Assembly (NCBI GenBank): GCA_015491865.1
Contig: WFVD01000029.1
Coordinates: 11,444 to 75,443 of the forward strand
Origin: Gammaproteobacteria bacterium
GTDB taxonomy: Bacteria > Pseudomonadota > Gammaproteobacteria > SZUA-140
Length of the DNA stretch: 64,000 bases
Direction: 5' to 3'
Every line of letters starts with the position of its first letter. Position 1 is the stretch's first letter. The position numbers and the translations under genes were made by a program. The notes under the pieces are model-generated. The model saw only the letters and a list, made by a program, of their open reading frames with translations, searched no databases and was not told the origin of the DNA. Shown here piece by piece: positions 56,421-64,000 of the stretch.

Positions 56421-56481
56421 GCTTACTCTTCCTTGTATAAAACTGTCGCGCTACACATATCAAAGACCGGCTTACTTCGTG

Positions 56482-57432
56482 CTATGCAGCAACACCCTTT
56501 TCCTCAGAAAAGCGCTTTATCTGCCCAAGCACCGCGGCACCCAAAATATCAGGATCATATTTTGAGATGAACTCATCGGCACCGACCTTTTTAACCATTG
56601 CGGTATTGAAAACACCACTCAATGATGTGTGCAACACAATATACTGAGAAGCCAGCCGTGGATCTTTTCTAATCTCTGTCGTTAAGGTATAGCCATCCAT
56701 CTCTGGCATTTCAACATCAGAAATAATCATCATTAAGTCATTCTCAAGTTTTTCTGGTTCATTCTCAGCCAGTTGCTGAAGTATATCCAACCCCTCTCGT
56801 CCATTCTTTGCCATGACAGAGGCGACACCCAGCTGCTCGAGCGTACGCTGGATCTGTTTTCTTGCCACAACAGAGTCATCAACAACCAGAACAAATTTTT
56901 CAGAGAGATCGAAACCTCCCCCTTCATCAATTTTATCCTGAGACATATCCATGCGAGTGCCAATTACATCTGCCAGCACTTTCTCAACATCGATAATCTC
57001 AACAAACTCTTCATCTACTGTTGTAATGGCCGTCAGGTAGCAAGCGGAACCCATCCCTTTGGGTGGTGGCTTGATCTCTTCCCAGTTCATATTGACGATA
57101 CGATCCATGCCGCTTACCAAAAAACCCTGTGTTACTCGATTATATTCAGCCACAACCAGGAAACACTCAGCCTCATCTGGCAGGGGGCGCTTACCAATGG
57201 CCATAGCGAGGTCAATCACGGAAATCGTTCTGCCGCGAATATTAACAATTCCTCTTACAACAGGGTTTGAATTGGGTAGTTTAGTCAATGCCGGGCAGTG
57301 AATAACCTCTTGAACCTTAAATACATTAATCCCATAACGCTGTTTGCCACCCAGGCGAAACATCAAAATCTCCAAACGGTTATATCCTGCCAACTGGGTA
57401 CGCTGGTTCACATCATCTAGCAGACTACTCAT
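56482..57432 (-). CDS. cheV: Chemotaxis coupling protein CheV (CheW-like domain + receiver domain).
   Basis: N-terminal CheW-like domain (..EILMFRLGGKQRYGINVFKVQEV..) plus a C-terminal REC domain (..LVVDDS...DVEMPEMDG..). Confidence 0.8.
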   Translation of the reverse strand: MSSLLDDVNQRTQLAGYNRLEILMFRLGGKQRYGINVFKVQEVIHCPALTKLPNSNPVVRGIVNIRGRTISVIDLAMAIGKRPLPDEAECFLVVAEYNRVTQGFLVSGMDRIVNMNWEEIKPPPKGMGSACYLTAITTVDEEFVEIIDVEKVLADVIGTRMDMSQDKIDEGGGFDLSEKFVLVVDDSVVARKQIQRTLEQLGVASVMAKNGREGLDILQQLAENEPEKLENDLMMIISDVEMPEMDGYTLTTEIRKDPRLASQYIVLHTSLSGVFNTAMVKKVGADEFISKYDPDILGAAVLGQIKRFSEEKGVAA

Positions 57433-57514
57433 GGTTCACTCCATTACATATCAATCATAAAAGGCTATCGTCATTCCACGCTTTATCATTAACGGTCGAA
57501 CAAGATAGAAAACC

Positions 57515-57530
57515 TGGCGCGACGATTGCA
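57515..57530 (+). promoter_or_regulatory. Candidate sigma54 -24/-12 promoter upstream of flgA.
   Basis: cTGGCGCgacgaTTGCAt matches TGGCAC-N5-TTGCA with one mismatch. It ends ~48 nt upstream of the flgA start. Confidence 0.55.
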
Positions 57531-57577
57531 TATAACCAAACAACAGACAACTCACCTGACCCATAGCAGGAAACAGA

Positions 57578-58303
57578 ATGAAGATGAAAAATAGCCACAT
57601 GCTCAGCTCAGTACTATTTGCCTGCGCTATGATGTCATTTAGCACATTCTCTTTTTCTGAGGATTATCAATCACATGACTCAATTAAAAAGAGCGCGGAA
57701 CAATATCTCACAAATATATTAGAGAACAATCTCCAAGGATCAATGACAGTTAAAGTGACCACAGGGCGACTCGACTCACGCCTGAGATTGCGGCAATGTG
57801 AGCTCCCGCTGGAACCATTTTTGCCGAGCGGTTCAAATTTAAGTGGCAACACCTCCATCGGGGTGCGCTGTGAAGGGAGGAAACCCTGGTCCTTATATGT
57901 ATCAGCAAAAATTAGTAAATATGCAGATGTATTCGTCAGCACCCGCTTTTTAGCGCGTGGCATTGAATTAACAGAGCGTGATTTCACCCTGAAAAGACAC
58001 GATATAAGCAATCAATCGCATGGCTACATCACTGATATTAAAGAAATCAAAGGAAAGATATTACGCCGTCCGCTACGTCATAACACGGTGATCCCACCCA
58101 ACGCACTGAATGAGGCGATGCTGGTAAAACGAGGTGATCGCGTGACGATTCTGGCTCAGAATAGTGGTGTGAAGGTCCACATGAAAGGAAAAGCACTAAA
58201 AAATGGCGCGGCTGGAGAGTTGATTCGTGTTCAGAATCTTAGCTCCAAGCGGATTATTGAAGGACGGGTCCTGTCAGCCGGTGTCGTAGCCGTTCGACTA
58301 TAA
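57578..58303 (+). CDS. flgA: Flagellar P-ring formation chaperone.
   Basis: Signal peptide plus a FlgA/SAF C-terminal domain (..VKRGDRVTILAQNSGVKVHMKGKALKNGAAGELIRVQNLSSKRIIEGRV). It is divergent from cheV/flgB, as in Vibrio/Pseudomonas. Confidence 0.7.
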   Translation: MKMKNSHMLSSVLFACAMMSFSTFSFSEDYQSHDSIKKSAEQYLTNILENNLQGSMTVKVTTGRLDSRLRLRQCELPLEPFLPSGSNLSGNTSIGVRCEGRKPWSLYVSAKISKYADVFVSTRFLARGIELTERDFTLKRHDISNQSHGYITDIKEIKGKILRRPLRHNTVIPPNALNEAMLVKRGDRVTILAQNSGVKVHMKGKALKNGAAGELIRVQNLSSKRIIEGRVLSAGVVAVRL

Positions 58304-58326
58304 ATGGCCATCAATAACTGGCGTGT

Positions 58327-58353
58327 CAAAGGCACCCCACTGAAGGTCGATAT
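58327..58353 (+). promoter_or_regulatory. Possible sigma28 (FliA) promoter for flgMN, located in the flgA 3' end / intergenic region.
   Basis: CAAAGGCA-N11-GTCGATAT, compared with TAAAGTTT-N11-GCCGATAA. The -35 matches 4/8 and the -10 matches 6/8, with exact spacing. A GAGG Shine-Dalgarno follows before the flgM ATG. Confidence 0.35.
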
Positions 58354-58376
58354 TTGTACTATGAGGTTTTAAAGTT

Positions 58377-58697
58377 ATGCCGATCGAAATAATTAATCTA
58401 CCAACCACACAACAGTCAGGAAATGCTAGCGCACGCCCATCTACTGCGGCGGTAAATGCGGCAAACAGAAATTCTGATCAACCGCAAAAAGAGGATGCCA
58501 GCCCCCCCATAACAGATACCGCTACATTTACCGAAACGGCAACACAACTACAGGAAATAGAGAGTAAAATCGCTAATATACCTGTAGTCGATCTCGAACG
58601 TGTTGAGGCGTTAAGGTCTCGTATTGATGAAAGCAACTATAAAATAGATGTCAATAAACTTGCCGATAGTATCCTGCGCTTTGAAAGCCAGCTCTAG
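58377..58697 (+). CDS. flgM: Anti-sigma-28 factor.
   Basis: The 106-aa protein has a C-terminal ..VDLERVEALRSRIDESNYKIDVNKLADSILRFE matching the FlgM sigma28-binding helices. Confidence 0.7.
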   Translation: MPIEIINLPTTQQSGNASARPSTAAVNAANRNSDQPQKEDASPPITDTATFTETATQLQEIESKIANIPVVDLERVEALRSRIDESNYKIDVNKLADSILRFESQL

Positions 58698-58721
58698 TCC
58701 ATATTAAGGGGTCAATTAATA

Positions 58722-59168
58722 ATGCAGCACACTACACAAGCTCAGAAAACAGGCCTGATTCAGGAGGAAATTAGCGCTGCCCAGGGACTTCTAGCAATAC
58801 TCCACGATGAGTTTGAAGCGCTTTCACACACCATCACACCTGATGAAATAGCCCGCTTTACTACGCAAAAGGAGCAGCGGGTCTCTGAAATGGAGAGAGC
58901 TACAAAGGCAAGGATTTCAGCAATCCCCGCAACTGACCCACTCCTCTCAACCGAACCGCTAAAGTCGCTGTGGGAGACATTGCGAAAAGTTGCACTCGAA
59001 TGTCAACAACAAAACCAGATTAACGGCAGAATCATCACAAGTTCAAAGCGCCACATAGAGCAAGCAGCTGCAATTCTCCACGGTAAACCTCCATCTTCAG
59101 AATTACATTATGGTAGTACAGGTGAAACGGTTGTCGAAACAGCCAGGCACACTATTGCAAAAGCGTAG
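58722..59168 (+). CDS. flgN: Flagellar export chaperone for FlgK/FlgL (FlgN family).
   Basis: A 148-aa helical protein immediately after flgM. The call rests on position and size; sequence similarity is weak. Confidence 0.5.
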   Translation: MQHTTQAQKTGLIQEEISAAQGLLAILHDEFEALSHTITPDEIARFTTQKEQRVSEMERATKARISAIPATDPLLSTEPLKSLWETLRKVALECQQQNQINGRIITSSKRHIEQAAAILHGKPPSSELHYGSTGETVVETARHTIAKA

Positions 59169-59233
59169 CTGTCGCTAAATGCTAGCGAGAACCCAGAAAA
59201 AAGGGGCATTGTAATCTACGTGATTACACCACG

Positions 59234-59962
59234 ATGAAGAATAGGAAACCAACTGAAGAACCACCAGAGGTTATTACAGACCCTGGGCGTATATATAAGA
59301 TCATTCACCATGTCTATCAGCAACGAGCGCTGTTAACCGCCCTGTTTCCTGAGCAGGCCTACAAAGGAAACTGCATCATTGTAGGGGTCAACAGAGGAGA
59401 CAAAGAGCTACTCATTAACAAGCTCTCCCCTGAGCTGGCTCACACTCGCTTTATTAAAGAACGCAGCATCGTCTTTATCTCATTGCTTGATGGTGTTGAA
59501 ATCGCTTTTAGGGCCAAATTAAAGTCGCTTATCAATGAAAACAGGGACAGCTATTATCTAGTTAAACTCCCAGAAAGGCTCAGCTATCATCAGAAAAGGG
59601 GCGCATATCGTGCTGATGTGAAATACCATGACCCTATACCGGTCTCCATCTCACTAGATGATGGCAGCCAGCTCAACGGGCTAATTGACGATATATCAAA
59701 CGGTGGATTATCGATATCCTTCGAACGTCATATACCGCTCTCGTTGCAGATCGACAATACACTCGCTTCGTGCAGTTTTACAATCCCTGAAAAGCAGAAC
59801 ATAGCCTGTGAATTGAATATTCGGTTTATACAGCACATCCATGAAAAAACAGCACCCAGGATTGGCGCAAAATTCAGAAAACTCTCCAAAGAGGATCATC
59901 AAAAGATAATGCAGTTTGTGATGAGACTTGAGCGGCTGAAAAGAAGACAACTATTTCAGTAA
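59234..59962 (+). CDS. ycgR: YcgR-like flagellar brake protein (PilZN + PilZ c-di-GMP-binding domains).
   Basis: The 242-aa protein has the PilZ motifs RGAYR (RxxxR) and DISNGG (D/NxSxxG). It is embedded in the flagellar locus. Confidence 0.65.
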   Translation: MKNRKPTEEPPEVITDPGRIYKIIHHVYQQRALLTALFPEQAYKGNCIIVGVNRGDKELLINKLSPELAHTRFIKERSIVFISLLDGVEIAFRAKLKSLINENRDSYYLVKLPERLSYHQKRGAYRADVKYHDPIPVSISLDDGSQLNGLIDDISNGGLSISFERHIPLSLQIDNTLASCSFTIPEKQNIACELNIRFIQHIHEKTAPRIGAKFRKLSKEDHQKIMQFVMRLERLKRRQLFQ

Positions 59963-60038
59963 ATAATCCATATCATTTGCTCTCTCTTTCATCATTAAAA
60001 TAACAAGTAATTGTATCTTCCCTCAGTAAAACAACACT

Positions 60039-60065
60039 TAAAGGTAACGTTCCAGTTGCCGAACA
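60039..60065 (+). promoter_or_regulatory. Candidate sigma28 (FliA) promoter for the STAS-cheY-cheA-cheW operon.
   Basis: TAAAGGTA-N11-GCCGAACA, compared with TAAAGTTT-N11-GCCGATAA. Both elements match 6/8 with exact 11-nt spacing, ~150 nt upstream of the STAS gene. Confidence 0.5.
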
Positions 60066-60213
60066 GTATGACGCAAACTGACGTCATAGACGATTGTTCA
60101 GAGCAGTGAATTTCATGGGCCAGACATTCATTAAAGTTTTAGATTTCACAGACGATATCTGGACTGAAGTAGCAACAGATTGTTGCCTCAGCTACACCAG
60201 GGACGATAAATAA

Positions 60214-60540
60214 ATGTCGAATAACACTGAAGAAAACAGATCTGAAAACAATAATAACAGCGTTGACTGTGGGGACCTTCTTGATATCTCGATGGTTAAT
60301 GAAATCAACCAGAAACTAAAAGATTCACTCAGATCAGATAACAACATCTCCATCAATGTATCTAATATCCAGCGCATTGACACAGCCGGCGCACAGATGC
60401 TATGCGCATTTTATCAGGATGCGAAATCAAAAAACATACAGTGCACATGGGATAACCCATCCGATGTATTTGTGAAATCAATAGTCCAGCTTGGTCTTGA
60501 TGGCCACCTTGATATATCACCTGCTAGCTCAGCGAAATAG
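60214..60540 (+). CDS. STAS-domain protein (anti-sigma-factor-antagonist-like) with an Asn-rich N-terminus. First gene of the che operon.
   Basis: 108 aa. After a low-complexity MSNNTEENRSENNNNS stretch, ..LLDISMVNEINQKLKDSL.....ISINVSNIQRIDTAGAQML.. fits the SpoIIAA/STAS fold pattern. Confidence 0.5.
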   Translation: MSNNTEENRSENNNNSVDCGDLLDISMVNEINQKLKDSLRSDNNISINVSNIQRIDTAGAQMLCAFYQDAKSKNIQCTWDNPSDVFVKSIVQLGLDGHLDISPASSAK

Positions 60541-60584
60541 ATATAACTTATTTAAGACAGAAATAGCGTGGAGGAGAGAAAAGT

Positions 60585-60947
60585 ATGGCAAGTATTCTAG
60601 CAGTTGACGATTCGGCATCAATGCGGCAGATGGTGTCTTTTGCGCTAAAAAATGCAGGGCATAATGTAGTTGAAGCAGTCGATGGTGTTGATGGCCTGAA
60701 GGCAGCAAAAGCAAATAAGGTTAATCTTGTGATTACCGATGTGAACATGCCAAATATGGATGGCATAGCTTTGATCAAGGAGTTAAGGAACCTGCCCGAT
60801 TATAAATTCACCCCTATTCTCATGTTGACAACTGAATCTGCTCCTCACAAGAAACAGGAAGGTAAAGAGGCAGGGGCAACCGGATGGATTGTAAAACCAT
60901 TTGACCCTGACCAGTTACTGGCCACTATAAATAAGGTGTTAGGGTAA
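60585..60947 (+). CDS. cheY: Chemotaxis response regulator.
   Basis: A 120-aa single REC domain with D12/D13, D57 (..LVITDVNMPNMDG..), T and K residues, and strong CheY similarity. Confidence 0.9.
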   Translation: MASILAVDDSASMRQMVSFALKNAGHNVVEAVDGVDGLKAAKANKVNLVITDVNMPNMDGIALIKELRNLPDYKFTPILMLTTESAPHKKQEGKEAGATGWIVKPFDPDQLLATINKVLG

Positions 60948-60953
60948 CTCAAA

Positions 60954-63026
60954 ATGGCAATCGATATTACACAGTTCCATGAGACTTTTTTCGAAGAGAG
61001 CTTCGAAGGTCTTGATATCATGGAATCGGGGTTATTAAACCTCGATATTGGTGCAGCAGATAATGACACAGTCAACTCTATTTTCCGTGCAGCCCACTCA
61101 ATCAAAGGTGGCAGTGCGACATTTGGCTTTAGCGAAGTGGCAGAGTTTACGCATGGAATGGAGACACTGCTTGATGAAATGCGAGATGGCTCACGAGATG
61201 TTACTCAGGAATCGGTCGATACCTTACTACAGTCTGTGGACTGTTTGCGGGAAATGCTTGGTGCTTCAAGAGATAAAACACCAATTGATCTAGGGCGGGC
61301 AGAAGTACTCAAGAAAGATCTTGAAAAGATTCTGTCAAGCAACAACAGTATAAAATCACCATCTGAGAATAACGATAGTAACAGTACTACTCCTGCTAGT
61401 GAACCATCAGGAGGTAGTGGATGGGAGATAAAATTTAAACCCTACCACGACATGTTAAGAACAGGAAACGACCCTGTTAGAATGTTCCGAGAGCTTGCAG
61501 AGCTAGGCGAACTAAGTGTTGAAGTGGATATTTCACAGCTCCCGGCCCTTGAAGATCTTGACCCTGAAGAGTCCTATTTATCCTGGAAACTCACACTGAA
61601 AGCTGATGTAGAAAAAGAGAAGGTAAAAGAGATATTTGAGTGGGTTGAAGATGAGTGTGATATCGAGCTCAATGAGTTATCAGCTGCAACAGATAAAACT
61701 GATAACCCAGCCAATGTGATAGCAGCCGCTACTACCGCTTCCCCACAAGCCACTGATAAACCTAAGAAATTAGCAACCCCTAAAAAACCAGCTACTAGCA
61801 CTGATAGCGCCTCAATTCGCGTCAGCATTGATAAGGTTGATGCATTGATCAATATGGTTGGTGAATTAGTGATTACACAGTCAATGATTGGTCAGCTTGA
61901 CTGTGATTTAGATGAATTTGACAACAATCGCATGGAAAAACTACGCGACGGCCTCACATTACTTGAACGTAATACAAGAGAGCTTCAGGAGAGTGTCATG
62001 CGTATACGCATGCTGCCTATCAGCTTTGCGTTCAACCGTTTCCCAAGAATGGTTCACGACCTCTGCCAGAAACTAAACAAAAAGATTGAGCTGAGAACGA
62101 CGGGAGAACAGACTGAGCTAGATAAAACGGTGATGGAGAAGATAGGCGACCCACTCGTCCATCTAGTTCGGAATTCAATAGACCACGGAATCGAGATGCC
62201 AGAAGACAGGGTGTCTGCAAACAAGCCGGAAACAGGTATCATCGAACTTAATGCCTTTCATAAGGGTGGAAATATAATTATAGAGATTAAGGATGATGGC
62301 GCAGGTTTTAATAAAGAACGGATTAAAGCGAAGGCGGTTGAAAGAGGGTTAATTTCGAGTGATGAACAGCTTTCCGATGAAAAAATATACGACCTGTTAT
62401 TTCAGCCCGGATTTTCTACAGCAGAGCAACTTAGCGATATCTCTGGCAGAGGTGTCGGCATGGATGTTGTTAGAAGAAACATTAGAGAACTAGGAGGCAA
62501 TATCGATGTCTCCTCTGAGGTAGGAAAAGGAACAACGTTTACAATAAGACTTCCATTAACCCTGGCAATACTCGATGGCCAGCTGGTTTGCGTTGGCAGT
62601 GAAATATATATTACACCCCTTGTATCAATCGTCGAATCACTACAAATTAAGAAAGAGTTTGTTAATAATATTGCGGGGCAGACTGAACTTTATAAAGTCC
62701 GCGATGATTATATTCCAATCGTAAGAATGCATAATATTTTCGGGATTGATGCTGAACAGAAAGACCTTGAAGGTGGTCTCCTCGTGATAGTTGAAGGTGA
62801 TGGAAAAAAAGCGGGCCTGCTTGTAGACGATCTTCTAGGGCAACAGCAAGTTGTTATTAAAAGTTTAGAAACCAATTATAAACGTGTCGATGGCGTTTCA
62901 GGAGCAACAATTCTTGGAGACGGTACTGTCGCATTAATCCTGGATGTTGATGGTTTGATAGAGCTATCACGTAATCCACCAACATCGGGCAACACTTCAA
63001 CGAGCCAGGTTAGAGAAGTTGCGTAA
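60954..63026 (+). CDS. cheA: Chemotaxis histidine kinase.
   Basis: P1 HPt (..AAHSIKGGSATFGF..), a low-complexity linker, then P3/P4 kinase domains (..HLVRNSIDHGIE.., DDGAGF, GRGVGMDVV) and a P5 CheW-like domain. Confidence 0.9.
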   Translation: MAIDITQFHETFFEESFEGLDIMESGLLNLDIGAADNDTVNSIFRAAHSIKGGSATFGFSEVAEFTHGMETLLDEMRDGSRDVTQESVDTLLQSVDCLREMLGASRDKTPIDLGRAEVLKKDLEKILSSNNSIKSPSENNDSNSTTPASEPSGGSGWEIKFKPYHDMLRTGNDPVRMFRELAELGELSVEVDISQLPALEDLDPEESYLSWKLTLKADVEKEKVKEIFEWVEDECDIELNELSAATDKTDNPANVIAAATTASPQATDKPKKLATPKKPATSTDSASIRVSIDKVDALINMVGELVITQSMIGQLDCDLDEFDNNRMEKLRDGLTLLERNTRELQESVMRIRMLPISFAFNRFPRMVHDLCQKLNKKIELRTTGEQTELDKTVMEKIGDPLVHLVRNSIDHGIEMPEDRVSANKPETGIIELNAFHKGGNIIIEIKDDGAGFNKERIKAKAVERGLISSDEQLSDEKIYDLLFQPGFSTAEQLSDISGRGVGMDVVRRNIRELGGNIDVSSEVGKGTTFTIRLPLTLAILDGQLVCVGSEIYITPLVSIVESLQIKKEFVNNIAGQTELYKVRDDYIPIVRMHNIFGIDAEQKDLEGGLLVIVEGDGKKAGLLVDDLLGQQQVVIKSLETNYKRVDGVSGATILGDGTVALILDVDGLIELSRNPPTSGNTSTSQVREVA

Positions 63027-63036
63027 GGAGATAAGT

Positions 63037-63549
63037 ATGAGTGTAGCACAACAAATTGACTCAAATACATCAGTAGATGTTATGACAGACACCGATCAGT
63101 ACCTCACATTTATACTAGCCGGTGAAGAGTATGGCGTTGATATTCTTCGTGTACAGGAGATTAAAGGGTGGGATAACGTCACCCCTATTCCCAACACTCC
63201 TGACTACATAAAAGGGGTAATAAACCTGAGAGGAACCATTGTTCCGATCGTTGACCTTAGGCATAAATTCTCTCTTGATACCATACCCTATGGTGCGACC
63301 ACAGTCGTTATTGTACTTAAAGTTTCAGGTGATGACGGTAACCGAACCATGGGAATCGTTGTTGATGCGGTATCAGATGTCTATAACGTTGCTGCTGAGG
63401 AGATGAAACCGCCGCCAGACTTTGGAACTATTAGCATTGACTATGTTAAAGGGCTTGCAACTGTTGAGGATAAAATGGTCATTGTGCTTGAGATTGATAA
63501 ACTACTGAATAGTGGCGTTCTTGATAAGAGCGAATCCTTTTTACAGTAA
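63037..63549 (+). CDS. cheW: Chemotaxis coupling protein.
   Basis: ~170 aa from the ATG at 63037 (MSVAQQIDS..). The CheW domain includes ..QYLTFILAGEEYGVDILRVQEI.. and it is preceded by AGGAG. The ORF track start (63019) overlaps the cheA stop. Confidence 0.85.
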   Translation: MSVAQQIDSNTSVDVMTDTDQYLTFILAGEEYGVDILRVQEIKGWDNVTPIPNTPDYIKGVINLRGTIVPIVDLRHKFSLDTIPYGATTVVIVLKVSGDDGNRTMGIVVDAVSDVYNVAAEEMKPPPDFGTISIDYVKGLATVEDKMVIVLEIDKLLNSGVLDKSESFLQ

Positions 63550-63829
63550 TAGACACACGTATCAGGACTTAGCAGTGAAGAACATCAAGAGCAGAAGTGA
63601 TAAAAAAACCCGTTTTCAGACAGGTAATTATAGAAATATCGCAAATATCCATAGCGATAAAAAAATGTTTCAGCAGCAGACAAAACCAGGTAGTGAGTAC
63701 AGGGACATACTGGAACAGACACTTTCTGACATGGCATGGTACGGCTAAATTAGCCAAGGAGATAGTAATATGCCAATAAATAAGACTAAAAATTCGGCTC
63801 GACCAACAGTAATCAGGTGGTGGTGAAAT

Positions 63830-64000
63830 AATGAACTCACTTCAACTAAGATCTGACAAACCGGTCGATGTAGATATAGAGCTAATTGAAGCGAGTTTCT
63901 TAACACTCGCGCCTTATACTGATCAGTTAGCAAAAAACTTTTATCAAGAGCTATTTATTAGATATCCAGATATCAGGCTGCTATTTAAGGACACCAGGAT
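63830..64000 (+). CDS. N-terminus of a globin-domain protein, probably a globin-coupled chemotaxis transducer (HemAT-like). It continues beyond the window.
   Basis: MNSLQLRSDKPVDVDIELIEASFLTLAPYTDQLAKNFYQELFIRYPDIRLLFKDTR contains the globin A/B-helix motif FYxxLFxxYPxxxxLF. Its position after cheW fits a receptor gene. Only 57 aa are visible. Confidence 0.4.

Noticed and set aside
60079-60086. TGACGTCA (CRE-like perfect palindrome) downstream of the sigma28 promoter
   Set aside because: An 8-bp palindrome is expected by chance in 64 kb, and no bacterial factor is known to use it here.
63680-63760. TGGCATGGTACGGCT as a sigma54 promoter for the globin-transducer gene
   Set aside because: The GG and GC elements are spaced one nt short of the -24/-12 consensus, and the -12 region lacks TTGC.

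Overview
The window reads as core chromosome of a polar-flagellated gammaproteobacterium (Vibrio/Pseudomonas-like flg-che gene order). Coding density is high throughout. I found no rRNA, tRNA, CRISPR array, transposase, integrase or recognisable phage-defence gene. Gene order from the left edge: (1) a minus-strand heavy-metal efflux operon: czcI-like, czcC, czcB, czcA, an extra exported/beta-barrel-like gene tightly coupled to czcA, and a CzcD-like CDF transporter truncated at the window edge. (2) A complete alternative spermidine pathway in two divergent pairs (carboxy(nor)spermidine dehydrogenase + decarboxylase; speA + speB). (3) A diheme cytochrome c and a DEAD-box helicase. (4) nrdAB, preceded on the minus strand by what I read as a cobalamin (B12) riboswitch with an intrinsic terminator. 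(5) metR and metE, then an orphan APC-like permease. (6) arfB, long-form leuA with divergent lrp, and yeaD. (7) A putative redox module: rubrerythrin, a double-CDGSH [2Fe-2S] domain fused to a glutamate-synthase FMN domain, a DUF3422-like membrane-anchored protein and a MEKHLA/PAS-like protein. (8) A GGDEF protein, ylqF, a stand-alone globin, uvrB, an aspartate aminotransferase, a FimT-like minor pilin, an EAL-like+HDOD protein, cheX and recJ. (9) A large flagellar/chemotaxis locus: flgLKJIHGFEDCB, cheR, cheV on the minus strand; flgA, flgM, flgN, a YcgR-like PilZ protein, a STAS protein, cheY, cheA, cheW and the start of a globin-coupled transducer on the plus strand. Candidate sigma54 promoters lie upstream of flgB and flgA. 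Candidate sigma28 promoters lie upstream of flgM and of the STAS-cheYAW operon. The observations most worth follow-up are the B12 riboswitch on nrdAB, a ~150-200 aa module shared between FlgK and FlgL, the extra gene inside the czc operon, the rubrerythrin/CDGSH-GltS/DUF3422/MEKHLA cluster with a palindromic operator, and several palindromic or dyad elements in otherwise unexplained intergenic DNA. I did not find a clear-cut novel mobile or defence system.
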